Shown: positions 34,054-43,007 of the stretch, in pieces
Layout: the number at the start of each line of letters is the position of its first letter
How positions within the stretch are numbered: position 1 is the first letter of the stretch
Source of the DNA: Alphaproteobacteria bacterium
GTDB lineage: Bacteria; Pseudomonadota; Alphaproteobacteria; Bin95
Direction: 5' to 3'
DNA: 64,000 nt
Assembly: GCA_964291285.2 (NCBI GenBank)
Contig: OZ219786.1
Location: forward strand, 640,001-704,000
Made by a program: the position numbers and the translations under genes
The notes under the pieces: generated by a model
The model's database searches: none
What the model saw: the letters and a program-made list of their open reading frames with translations, nothing else
Told to the model about the DNA's origin: nothing

Positions 34054-34467
34054 TCAGGAGCACTTCTTCTTCAGCTTGGCCTCGTAGAGCTGACGTTCCC
34101 TGTCGCGGATCTTCTGGCGAGCGATATGCTCCAGTTTCTCATCGGCCATCACCGACCACAAACCGCCCCAGAATATCTGCTTGGCCTGTCCGCTGGTGGC
34201 CTCTTGGTCAACACCTCTCTCATGGCGTTGCAGCAAAAGAAACTCCTGCTCAATGTCGTCGCATGACATCGCGCGCAGTTTGGCCGCGTCGAGCGGAGGC
34301 ATTTGCTCGAACTCCTTCGTGGCACAGGCGCCGAGTGTGAGCAGTGCCGCCGCGGCAGCTAAGCAAATGGCGACCTTTGTCTTCCCCGAAACGGGGAGAA
34401 AGTGGGGTGAACGCATCAAATTGAGGCCTCTGATCCGGACAGCTGGCGCACAATTGTACCGATGCAA
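34054..34467 (-). CDS. hypothetical lipoprotein; start uncertain
   Basis: AAAALLTLGAC lipobox-like motif, lower GC than flanks. Confidence 0.65.
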   Translation of the reverse strand: MHRYNCAPAVRIRGLNLMRSPHFLPVSGKTKVAICLAAAAALLTLGACATKEFEQMPPLDAAKLRAMSCDDIEQEFLLLQRHERGVDQEATSGQAKQIFWGGLWSVMADEKLEHIARQKIRDRERQLYEAKLKKKCS

Positions 34468-34538
34468 TCACACTTAAATATCATCTTTGCAGATGTCAAA
34501 CTCTCAGCGCTATTGGGGAAGTTGCGGTCCCGTTTCTT

Positions 34539-34622
34539 GGTTTCCTCCGCACATGGCGCCTGCTCGGCCAGCCCGCCGCCCCGGCGCTCAGGGAGCTGTA
34601 AAGGGTGGTTCCCGGCGGGCGG
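34539..34622 (+). repeat. 84-bp direct repeat, copy 2 (duplicate of ybbP 3' end)
   Basis: matches 31927-31989 plus 34008-34028. Confidence 0.85.
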
Positions 34623-34672
34623 CGGCGCGCTATGCTGGCCGGGACATCCATGCGGACGGGGGAGAGAGCGTC

Positions 34673-35440
34673 ATGGCGGGAATGCTGGCGGGCAAGGCGG
34701 CGCTGATTACCGGAGGTGCGAACGGGATCGGGCGGGCGACGGCGCTGCTTTTTGCGCAGGAAGGGGCGCGGGTCGCGGCGGCCGACCTCAATCTCGAAGG
34801 GGCGGAGGAGACCGCCGCCATGATCCGCGAGGCCGGCGGCGAGGCGATTGCGCTCTCCGTCGAGGTGTCGGACGCCGGACAGGTCGAGGCGATGGTCGAG
34901 GCGACCGTGGAGGCGTTCGGGCGGATCGACTGCGCCTTCAACAATGCCGGCATTGCGCCCGTCAATGTCGGCAACAACGCCAAGCGGACGCATAGCTGGT
35001 CGGAGGAAGGGTTCGACCGGATGATCGAGGTCAATCTCAAGGGCGTGTGGCTGTGCATGAAGAGCGAGATCGCGCGCATGCTGGAGACCGGCGGCGGGAC
35101 CATCGTCAACACCTCCTCCATCGCGGGCCTCGCCGGCCTGCCGACCTCGTCCGGCTATGTCGCCGCCAAGCACGGCGTCTCCGGCCTCACGCGCACCGCC
35201 GGCATCGAATACGCCACCGACAATATCCGCGTGAACGCCGTCTGCCCCGGCTTCATCGCCACCGACATGACCCGCGAGGTCATGTCCCGGCGCGGCAACG
35301 AGCTCATGGCCCTGGTGCCGGCGCGGCGGATGGGCGAGGCGCGGGAGATCGCCGAGATGGTCTGCTGGCTCTGCTCGGACCGCTCCGGATTCGTCACCGG
35401 GGCCACCTACAATGTCGATGGCGGCTACATGGCGTCCTGA
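34673..35440 (+). CDS. short-chain dehydrogenase/reductase, tandem paralog 1
   Basis: TGGANGIG, FNNAG, YVAAK. Confidence 0.93.
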   Translation: MAGMLAGKAALITGGANGIGRATALLFAQEGARVAAADLNLEGAEETAAMIREAGGEAIALSVEVSDAGQVEAMVEATVEAFGRIDCAFNNAGIAPVNVGNNAKRTHSWSEEGFDRMIEVNLKGVWLCMKSEIARMLETGGGTIVNTSSIAGLAGLPTSSGYVAAKHGVSGLTRTAGIEYATDNIRVNAVCPGFIATDMTREVMSRRGNELMALVPARRMGEAREIAEMVCWLCSDRSGFVTGATYNVDGGYMAS

Positions 35441-35467
35441 CGGGCGGAACGGGGAGGAGACAGGGGC

Positions 35468-36238
35468 ATGGCCGGAATGCTGGCGGGCAAGGCGGCGCTG
35501 ATTACCGGGGCCGCGAACGGCATCGGGCGGGCGACGGCGCTGCTTTTCGCGCAGGAAGGCGCGCGGGTGGCGGCGGCCGACCTCAACCTCGAAGGGGCGG
35601 AGGAGACCGCCGCCACGATCCGCGAGGCGGGCGGCGAGGCGGTTGCGCTTCCCGTCGAGGTGGTCGAGGCCGAGCAGGTCGAGGCGATGCTGGATGCGGC
35701 GGTCGAGGCCTTCGGGCGGATCGACTGCGCCTTCAACAATGCGGGCATCGGACCGGCGAATCTCGACCATTACGCCCGGCGCACCCATGAATGGACCGAG
35801 GAAGGCTTCGACCGGATGATCGCGGTCAACCTCAAGGGCGTGTGGCTCTGCATGAAGGGCGAGATCGAGCGGATGAAGGCGGACGAAGGCGGCGGGGCCA
35901 TCGTCAACACCTCCTCGGTCGCCGGCCTGCTCGGCCTGCCGGGCGGCAGCGCCTATGTGGCGGCCAAGCATGCCGTCTCGGGCCTCACGCGCACCGCCGG
36001 CATCGAATACGCCTCGGACGGCATCCGCGTGAACGCCGTCTGCCCCGGCTATATCGCGACCGACATGACGCGCGAGGCCCGCGCCCGGCGCGGCAACGAG
36101 CTCATGAACCGCGTGCCGGCCCGGCGCATGGGCGAGGCGCATGAGATCGCCGAGATGGTCTGCTGGCTCTGCTCCGAGCGCTCAAGCTACGTCACCGGCG
36201 CCACCTACAATGTCGATGGCGGCTACGTGGCATCGTGA
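35468..36238 (+). CDS. short-chain dehydrogenase/reductase, tandem paralog 2
   Basis: TGAANGIG, FNNAG, YVAAK; highly similar to the upstream gene. Confidence 0.93.
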   Translation: MAGMLAGKAALITGAANGIGRATALLFAQEGARVAAADLNLEGAEETAATIREAGGEAVALPVEVVEAEQVEAMLDAAVEAFGRIDCAFNNAGIGPANLDHYARRTHEWTEEGFDRMIAVNLKGVWLCMKGEIERMKADEGGGAIVNTSSVAGLLGLPGGSAYVAAKHAVSGLTRTAGIEYASDGIRVNAVCPGYIATDMTREARARRGNELMNRVPARRMGEAHEIAEMVCWLCSERSSYVTGATYNVDGGYVAS

Positions 36239-36349
36239 CCACAGAGGGGCGCGAAAGCCGGGCCGTCGCCGTCCCCGGCCGGTCGGCCGGCGGCCCGGCG
36301 CGCTGGCGCGGCTCCTGGACGAACGGCGAGGCCGTGCCTGCAGCCAGGA

Positions 36350-36420
36350 CTTTTTTCGTTCGATTTTTATGAAATAATTCAGAATTAAAGCTTAACCTCT
36401 GAGAAGTCCGATCTAATATA
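36350..36420 (+). promoter_or_regulatory. AT-rich putative promoter/operator
   Basis: palindrome TAATTC-A-GAATTA 36375-36387; TTAACC-N16-TAATAT 36392-36419. Confidence 0.35.
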
Positions 36421-36626
36421 GGGCGAGAGGAAGGGAGCGGTATCCGCGCGGGGCCGCTTCTTCTCCCGGTTCGCGCCGGCGCACAAAACCCTGAGAAATG
36501 GACGGGAGATGTACGCCCTGCGTTCGGGCCTCGCGCGCGCGGGCGCAATCAGGCGCGCGATTCGCGCCGCCGCGGGACGTGCGCAGGCGCGCGCGGGGGC
36601 GCCCGCGCAGGATACGCGCGAATTAG

Positions 36627-38640
36627 CCCGACTTCCGCAACTCGGGGGTCATGAGGATGCTAACTCATTGAATAGCCTTGATCGTCTCCCCGAGGGTCGG
36701 CACTACAAGGCGGCGAACGGAGAGGCGGCGCCGTGTGCCGTCAGGCGGAGATCCGGGGTGCGGGTTGCTGCGGCCAGGTCATGCCGAGCTGTTGCAGCAG
36801 TAGCTCGTGCTCCTTGTTCGGCCGGGTGTGGCGCGGCAGGACGAGGTGCCGGCCGTCGGTGGTTGGCAGATGGACGTCCACCATCTGGATGGTGGCGAAG
36901 GCCTCAAGGATGGCGCGTGGGGTGAGGCCCGGGGCGCGCGGCCGGGCGAGGTTCTTCAGGGTCACCAGCAGGCAGTAGGCGATGAACGAGACGAAGATAT
37001 GCGCCTCGATGCGCTCTTGGCGCTGATGGAAGATGGGGCGGATCGCGAGGTCGTGCTTGAGTTCCTTGAACGCCTGCTCGATCTCGACGAGCTGCATGTA
37101 CAGATGCCACAGCGTGGCGGGGTCTTCGGCGACCATGTTGGATCGCAGCAGGTAACGGCCCTCGCGGCGGCGGACCTGGCGCAGCCGGTCGCGCTGCAGG
37201 CGGAATGAGAAGCCGTTGGCGGCGAGTTCGCTGTCGGTCCCGGGCACGGTGATGTCGACCAGGCTCCAGGCCCGGCCGGCCTCCTTCCTGGCGGCGCCGA
37301 GCTTGAGCAACAACTGATCCCGGCTGTTCGACTGCCCTTGCAACTCGGCCAATCGACGCCACAGCCTCTTCAGCCGGCGCCGGCGCATGCCGCGTTCCTT
37401 CACCTGCCGCCCCTCGCTGCGCACCAGGACGTAGAGCTCGCCATCCTCGACCAGAAGCTTGACAGTCACGGACTGGCGCACCTCCTGCCAGGGCAGGCCC
37501 AGGAACACCTTCTCGAGCCGCGTCAGCCGGCCCTTGGGCGTGCCCACCAGGTAGCGCACCGGCGCCTCGCCCTCGCGCATCGCGGCCAGCGTCTCCTCGG
37601 TGGGGATGCCGCGGTCCATGATCCACACCCGCTCGGAGCGGCCATACTGATCCTCGATCTTCTTGAGGAACGCCGCCAGCGTGGTGTCGTCGGAGGTGTT
37701 GCCCGGCATCACCTCATAGGCCAGCGGAAAGCCCTGCGGCGTAACGATCAGGGCGATCACCACCTGCACGCAGTCGGGCCGCTTGTCCCGGCTGTAGCCG
37801 AAGCGGCGCTTGTCATCGAACGGCGGATCGCTCTCGAAGTAGGTCGAGGTCAGGTCGTAGAGCAGCACGTCGAAGCGCGCCTCGAACAGCGTCGCCCAGC
37901 GGTCGCGCAGAAACGAGAAGAAGCCCTGCTTGTGCGCCAGCAGCTTGTCGAGACAGCGATAGAGTGTGTCGTCGGCGATCGCCCGCTCGCCACCCAGAAG
38001 ATCGCGAAGCGCGCTGTGCTCATACCAGTGACGGTGAAGGCGCCACTCGCTGCCCGGGTCGATCAGCCGGTAGCAGACCTGGATCTTCAGGATGTCCAGC
38101 CACCGCGTGCCTTGCCGGCTCGCCGGCAGCCGCTCTTCCCAGAAGCGGTCCAGGTCCAGGCGGTCCCACAAGGACAGCGCCAGCCAGCACGCCCCCCACT
38201 GGCGCGGGTCGTGAAGCGCCACCTGCGAGAGGTCGATCTTCACCACTTCGCAAGTCAGCGCCGGCGCCTCCCGGTCCTCGGGAAACAGCGCCATCTGCCG
38301 TGATCGCGACTTGCCCTCCACCACCTCGATCGAGCGGCACCACGCCGCTCGCTGGCTGTCGTTGATCTCCCCGAGATAGAGCACCTGACGCTGAACAACC
38401 CGACCGCCGTGGACCCGGACGTTCTCCACAACGCTCCAGTAGCGGTGCTCCTTGCCGTCCTTGAAGCGTCTCTTGCAGCGCACGAACATCAGCGCAGCGT
38501 CCGGATCTTCGCCAGCCCGATCAAGGGGGTAGGTCGGCACTACAAGCCGGTCCCGAGAGGTACTGCACCGAAATCCGACACTTCTCGCGCCGGAAAACCG
38601 TCAAATCAGTCGATTCTCAAGCCGAGTTGCGGAAGTCGGG
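36627..38640 (-). mobile_element. IS1634-family insertion sequence, copy 3 (inverted, flanks not duplicated)
   Basis: same terminal inverted repeats; flanks are TTAG (36623-36626) and CTAA (38641-38644). Confidence 0.93.
36741..38489 (-). CDS. IS1634-family transposase
   Basis: protein identical to copy 2. Confidence 0.9.
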   Translation of the reverse strand: MFVRCKRRFKDGKEHRYWSVVENVRVHGGRVVQRQVLYLGEINDSQRAAWCRSIEVVEGKSRSRQMALFPEDREAPALTCEVVKIDLSQVALHDPRQWGACWLALSLWDRLDLDRFWEERLPASRQGTRWLDILKIQVCYRLIDPGSEWRLHRHWYEHSALRDLLGGERAIADDTLYRCLDKLLAHKQGFFSFLRDRWATLFEARFDVLLYDLTSTYFESDPPFDDKRRFGYSRDKRPDCVQVVIALIVTPQGFPLAYEVMPGNTSDDTTLAAFLKKIEDQYGRSERVWIMDRGIPTEETLAAMREGEAPVRYLVGTPKGRLTRLEKVFLGLPWQEVRQSVTVKLLVEDGELYVLVRSEGRQVKERGMRRRRLKRLWRRLAELQGQSNSRDQLLLKLGAARKEAGRAWSLVDITVPGTDSELAANGFSFRLQRDRLRQVRRREGRYLLRSNMVAEDPATLWHLYMQLVEIEQAFKELKHDLAIRPIFHQRQERIEAHIFVSFIAYCLLVTLKNLARPRAPGLTPRAILEAFATIQMVDVHLPTTDGRHLVLPRHTRPNKEHELLLQQLGMTWPQQPAPRISA

Positions 38641-38664
38641 CTAACAAACTTCTCGATCAGCACA

Positions 38665-38970
38665 CTAGCAGCCCGCCAACCGCTCGACACGCTCGCGCCA
38701 TGCCTCTTGCCCTGTGATCTCGCGCCTCGCCTCGCTGGCGCTCTTGCGGGCATGGCAATCGGCACATAGGCCCTGCCAGCCTTCCCGATTCCAGAATGTT
38801 TATGCCGTCCGGTTGGTCCGCAGCAGCTGGATATGGTCGAGTTCGCTTGCGGCGCGGACAATGCCGTTGCGCCTGCATTCCGCGCATAGGGGATTGGCGG
38901 CGAGGAAAACCCGCCTCGCGTGCCTGTAGCGGCGCGTAGAGCGCGCCCGGCGCGGGTCGAAGCCCGTCAT
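38665..38970 (-). pseudogene. phage HNH endonuclease with in-frame TAA (38800-38802)
   Basis: MTGFDP...NPLCAEC...ELDHI...* TFWNREGWQGLCADCHARKS; ATGA overlap with the portal stop; not in the ORF track. Confidence 0.8.
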
Positions 38971-39983
38971 TGCCCTTCCTCAATCAAGCCCGCGATATAG
39001 AGCGCCTCGCGCGTCGGAACGCCAAGCCGGCCCAGGGCGTCGGCCGCCCTCGCCTGCATCGCGGTGTCGGAAGCCCGTAGCGCGGCGAAGTCGAGCGAAA
39101 CCGGGCGGCCCAGCTTCAGGGACGCTTCGTCGGCAAGAATGCGGCCCAGCGGCTCGATAGTCGCCCGCACAAGGCGCCTGTAGCTTTCGCGCGATGCAGC
39201 GCCGTCACCATCCCCGCGCAATAGGTTCGTGGGGACGCCCGCCGCCGCCGCAACCCCTTCGGCGCTTGTCCGCCTCGCCGCGTCGATCGACGCGGGCGGG
39301 TCCGGCTTCACGCGGTCCGTTTGCAGCCGTTCGGGCGCAAAGAATGTCCGCCCGTTCGGCGAGTTCTTTATCCGGTCCGCCAGCACGCCCAGGAATTCGG
39401 CGGCAACCGACGCCTTGTCTTCACGGTCGATTGAAAGCATGGCGTAGGACTTGATTGCAGACTCGCCCTTCAGCGCCAAATCGCCCGCCAGCGCCAGCTC
39501 GGCATCGGACATGGCGCCTTTGAGCGGCGAGCGCCCGCGCCAGGGCGTCCCTATGGTGCCGCCGACGCGGACATGCAGCACGGCATCGGCGGGCGCCAGC
39601 ACTTGCTCGCTGCCGGCATAGGGCGAAGGGACATAGAGGCGATAGCCCCACTCGCGCGGGTCCGGCGAGCGGCCCATAACATCGGCGCTCGACGCGGGCG
39701 CAATCATGCCGTCCGCCAGTATCGCGCCTATGAATTCGCCATGGAACAGGAGCGCCCGCCCGATAAGGTCCATAAGGCCCGGCGTCAGCCCGTCCGCGCC
39801 CTCGACGCGGGCGGCGGCGAAGGCCCGCCCATAGACGCCCGCGCAGGCTTCCGCGACGCTCAGGCGGCGCAAGTCCGCCGGGGCGCCCGCCGCCCGTTCC
39901 AGCGCCCATTCCTCGATTGAGTCGCCAATGTCGGCCCGCGTTTCGGCGGGCGCTTCGGCTTGCCGCGACCAGGGCCAGCGCAT
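38967..39983 (-). CDS. phage portal-like protein (HK97 type, short)
   Basis: VLHVR....PWRGRSPL, VAAAAGVPTNLL, TIEPL..I..E motifs; context between protease and HNH. Confidence 0.72.
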   Translation of the reverse strand: MRWPWSRQAEAPAETRADIGDSIEEWALERAAGAPADLRRLSVAEACAGVYGRAFAAARVEGADGLTPGLMDLIGRALLFHGEFIGAILADGMIAPASSADVMGRSPDPREWGYRLYVPSPYAGSEQVLAPADAVLHVRVGGTIGTPWRGRSPLKGAMSDAELALAGDLALKGESAIKSYAMLSIDREDKASVAAEFLGVLADRIKNSPNGRTFFAPERLQTDRVKPDPPASIDAARRTSAEGVAAAAGVPTNLLRGDGDGAASRESYRRLVRATIEPLGRILADEASLKLGRPVSLDFAALRASDTAMQARAADALGRLGVPTREALYIAGLIEEGQ

Positions 39984-40549
39984 TACAGGACGCCAAGCAG
40001 CCGGCGGCGGCGGTCGCGCTCGCGCAACGAAACCGCCGTGCCCGGATAGGACGGGGCGGCGACAAGCCCTATGCCGACAAGGACCGCCTCGCCCACTTCA
40101 CGGATACCCGCGACCGATTGCGAGACGGCCCGGTTGAATTCGACGCTGAAGCCCGCCAGCCGGCCCGCGCGCACTTCCTCAAGCGCCGCCAGCCCTTCGG
40201 GCGTGTCGTCAACCGTTATGGTCGCCTCAAGCCCTTCCGCGCCGTCGCGAAGCTCGACCGCGCCGGGCCAGCCGGCAATCGGGCGCGAGCGGTCATGCGC
40301 GGCATGGACAAGGCCGCGCGGGGCGGCCCGAAGCGCGCCCGGCAGGAACCTTTCGCGGTGCGAAGGCGAAACGCGCCCGTAGGGCATCACCACGCCCGCC
40401 AGGGTGCGCTTGTCGAGGTCCGCGCGGATCTCGGCGGCCGTTTCGCGGGTTTCGGTTTCCAGCATCAGCCGGTCGAAACGCGCGCGGCGAGCTTTCGATA
40501 GGCGTTCATGTTGAAGGTTATGGACAAGTCCATGAGCGCCATGGATCAC
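39983..40549 (-). CDS. HK97-family prohead protease (start may be 40465)
   Basis: LAGVVMPYG, ERFLPGA, HD..RPI, GFSVEF, IGLVAAPSYP. Confidence 0.82.
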   Translation of the reverse strand: MIHGAHGLVHNLQHERLSKARRARFDRLMLETETRETAAEIRADLDKRTLAGVVMPYGRVSPSHRERFLPGALRAAPRGLVHAAHDRSRPIAGWPGAVELRDGAEGLEATITVDDTPEGLAALEEVRAGRLAGFSVEFNRAVSQSVAGIREVGEAVLVGIGLVAAPSYPGTAVSLRERDRRRRLLGVL

Positions 40550-40681
40550 AAACCGTCAAGTGCGTTTGCGGCCCAGCAGTCGATGGTTTCCACGCCGGTT
40601 TCGGGCGCGGTCGCGTCGGAGAGCTGCGTTAGCTGACATATAAGCCCCATCAAAAGGTGGTGGGAATCCGAATGGCGGCTT

Positions 40682-41836
40682 TCAAAGGGGATCGACCGCC
40701 ATGGCCCTTGCGACAGCTTGCCCAATGCGCTCTGCTGCCTCCTCAATGTCGCGGTCTCGGACATGAGCGTAGCGCAGCGTCATGCGGACGTTGGAATGAC
40801 CGAGCATCCGGGAGACGACCGGCACCGGCACGCCGTTCATGACGGCATGGGTCGCCACCGTGTGACGCAGATCGTGGAGGCGGACGTCCTCGATCCCGGC
40901 CTCCCGGCGAACCCGATACCAGAGTTTGAGGTTGACGCTGCGTGAACTGGCGGGATTGGACAGCGAGGGAAACACGAAGGGGCTGCCGCTGCGGGGCTGG
41001 CGTTCAAGAATGCGTCGGGCCTGGCTGTTGAGGGGAACCTTTCTCGGACCCGTCTTGCTGTCCGCCAGGGCCAGCATGTCCTCCTGAACCTCGGACCAGT
41101 GGAGATTGACGATCTCGCTCCTGCGGCAACCGGTGAGCAGAAGAAGCCGGATTATATCGGCCTGCTGCCTGTCGCTCTTGCGGGTCTGCCTGTCGAGAGC
41201 CTCGTGCAGGCGGGCGATTTCCTCCTGCGACAGGAACCGGGTGAGCGCAGGGCGGCGGTTCCGTTCGAGGCCCTCGGTGGGATTGCTCCTTGTATGACCG
41301 CAGGCGACGGCGAAATTCATGATCTGACGGAAAATGTCCAGGGTGCGGTTGGCCCCGCCAGGCGCCGTCCGGCTGTACCGGTCGAACCAATGTCTGACCT
41401 GCGCATGCGTGATCCGGTCCAGTGGCCTCGACCCGAAGGCAGGCAAGAGCTGGCGCGTAAGAGCAGACAGCGTTCGTTTCCTTGTTAGCGGCTTGTAGCG
41501 GTCCAGATGCGCTTCCTTCCAGGATCCGGCGACGAAGTCCCGGAAAAGAGGAACTACGGGTGCCGGTACAACGGTTTCCTCCGGCTCCGGCCTCGCGCGG
41601 CGCGCATGGCATTCGCGGCGGGCCTCGACGACGGTTTTGGTGGAGACCGGGCCGAGCGAAACGCGCTTCGAACGCCCGCCCGCGTCCAGCAGCAGGATCC
41701 AGCTTTGCCCGCCGGAGGGCCGGACCCGAACCCCGAGGCCGGGCACGCGGCTGTCCCAGACGGTATATTCCCGCTCGCGGGGACGGAGTCGGGCGACGGC
41801 GGCATCGGTCAATTTCATGCGTTCCCTGGCGGCCAT
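40682..41836 (-). CDS. tyrosine recombinase/integrase with arm-binding N-domain (intact)
   Basis: LTDAAVARL, WDSRVPGLGVRV, LLLLTGCR, HDLRH, LGH, TLRY. Confidence 0.93.
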   Translation of the reverse strand: MAARERMKLTDAAVARLRPREREYTVWDSRVPGLGVRVRPSGGQSWILLLDAGGRSKRVSLGPVSTKTVVEARRECHARRARPEPEETVVPAPVVPLFRDFVAGSWKEAHLDRYKPLTRKRTLSALTRQLLPAFGSRPLDRITHAQVRHWFDRYSRTAPGGANRTLDIFRQIMNFAVACGHTRSNPTEGLERNRRPALTRFLSQEEIARLHEALDRQTRKSDRQQADIIRLLLLTGCRRSEIVNLHWSEVQEDMLALADSKTGPRKVPLNSQARRILERQPRSGSPFVFPSLSNPASSRSVNLKLWYRVRREAGIEDVRLHDLRHTVATHAVMNGVPVPVVSRMLGHSNVRMTLRYAHVRDRDIEEAAERIGQAVARAMAVDPL

Positions 41837-43007
41837 GGATCAGCCTCCTCCCAGCACGGCGCCGATTTTCTCGGCGGCTTCCCGGATCATGGCGTCGGCG
41901 GCATGCGTGTATTTCAGCGTCGTTTCCGGCTTGCGGTGGCCGAGCAGCCTGCCGATGGCGAGCACCGTCTCGCCCTGCCGGAGCGCCAGGCTCGCATGCG
42001 TGTGACGCAGGTCGTGGAGGCGCACATCGTCAATATTCGCCTCCGCCCGGACCCGGGCCCAGAAGAAATCCAGCCAGCGCGCCGTCAGCGGTCGGTCGGT
42101 CCGTGCCGCGGGGAATACCCACCGGCCTTTCCGGTCCAGGGCGTTCAGGATGTCGCGGGCCGGCGTGGATAGCCAGACGGTTCGGGGTCCCGTCTTGCTA
42201 TCGCGCAAGAACAAGTGGCCGTCGCGGTAGTCGGACCATTGCAGGGTAAGGATCTCGCCCTTGCGGCAGCCCGTGAGCAGCAGCAGGCGGATGGTGGCGA
42301 CCTGCAGCGGCCATCGGGTCTCATGTGCCGTGAGCCTTGCGGACAGGCGGCGGATTTCCTCGTCGGCGAGGAACCGTTCCCGTCCCTTGCGGCGGTTGCG
42401 CCGGATGCCCCGGCAGGGATTGGAGTCCTCGGGCCTGAGGCCCATCTTCTCCGCCTCCTGCATGATGACGGAGAGCACGGGCAGGGACCGGTCGGCCGCC
42501 ACCGGGGTCGCGTGGAGAGAGGCGAACCAGTTCCGTACCTCCTGTCCGTCGATGTTTGCAATCTGGCGGCCTGCGAAATGCGGCATGATCCGCTTTCGCA
42601 GGTAGCTGCGGTTCACACGAAGCGTCCCGGCCTTCCAGACGCGGGCATAGCGCTCGAAGACGGTCCCGGCGACGGCTTCGAAGAGCGTCTCGTCAGGTCG
42701 ATGGAGGCCTCCCTTCCCGCGCCGGATGGCGGCAAGCATTTCGGCGGCGAGCGCCCGCGCTTCGCCGACGCTCGCGGTCTCCGCGTCGCCGACGACCTTC
42801 CAGACGCGTTCCCCGAGATACTGGCACTGGACGAAGAAGCATTTGCGGCCCGAGGGCAGCACCCGGACCCCGAACCCCCTGAGTTTTGCGTCGCGGATGT
42901 CCCGGGCATTCCTGCGGGGCTTGAGCGCCCAGGGCGAATTAATTGTCTGCCTGTGGGCCATGTTGAGGTGGGGTCCGGGGTGGCCATTTTTTTCTTGATA
43001 TGTCAGT

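Noticed and set aside
31990-38640. Inversion or composite transposon between inverted IS1634 copies 2 and 3
   Set aside because: Copy 2 has its own CTAA duplication, and the 84-bp repeat reads continuously across it, so its flanks are unrearranged
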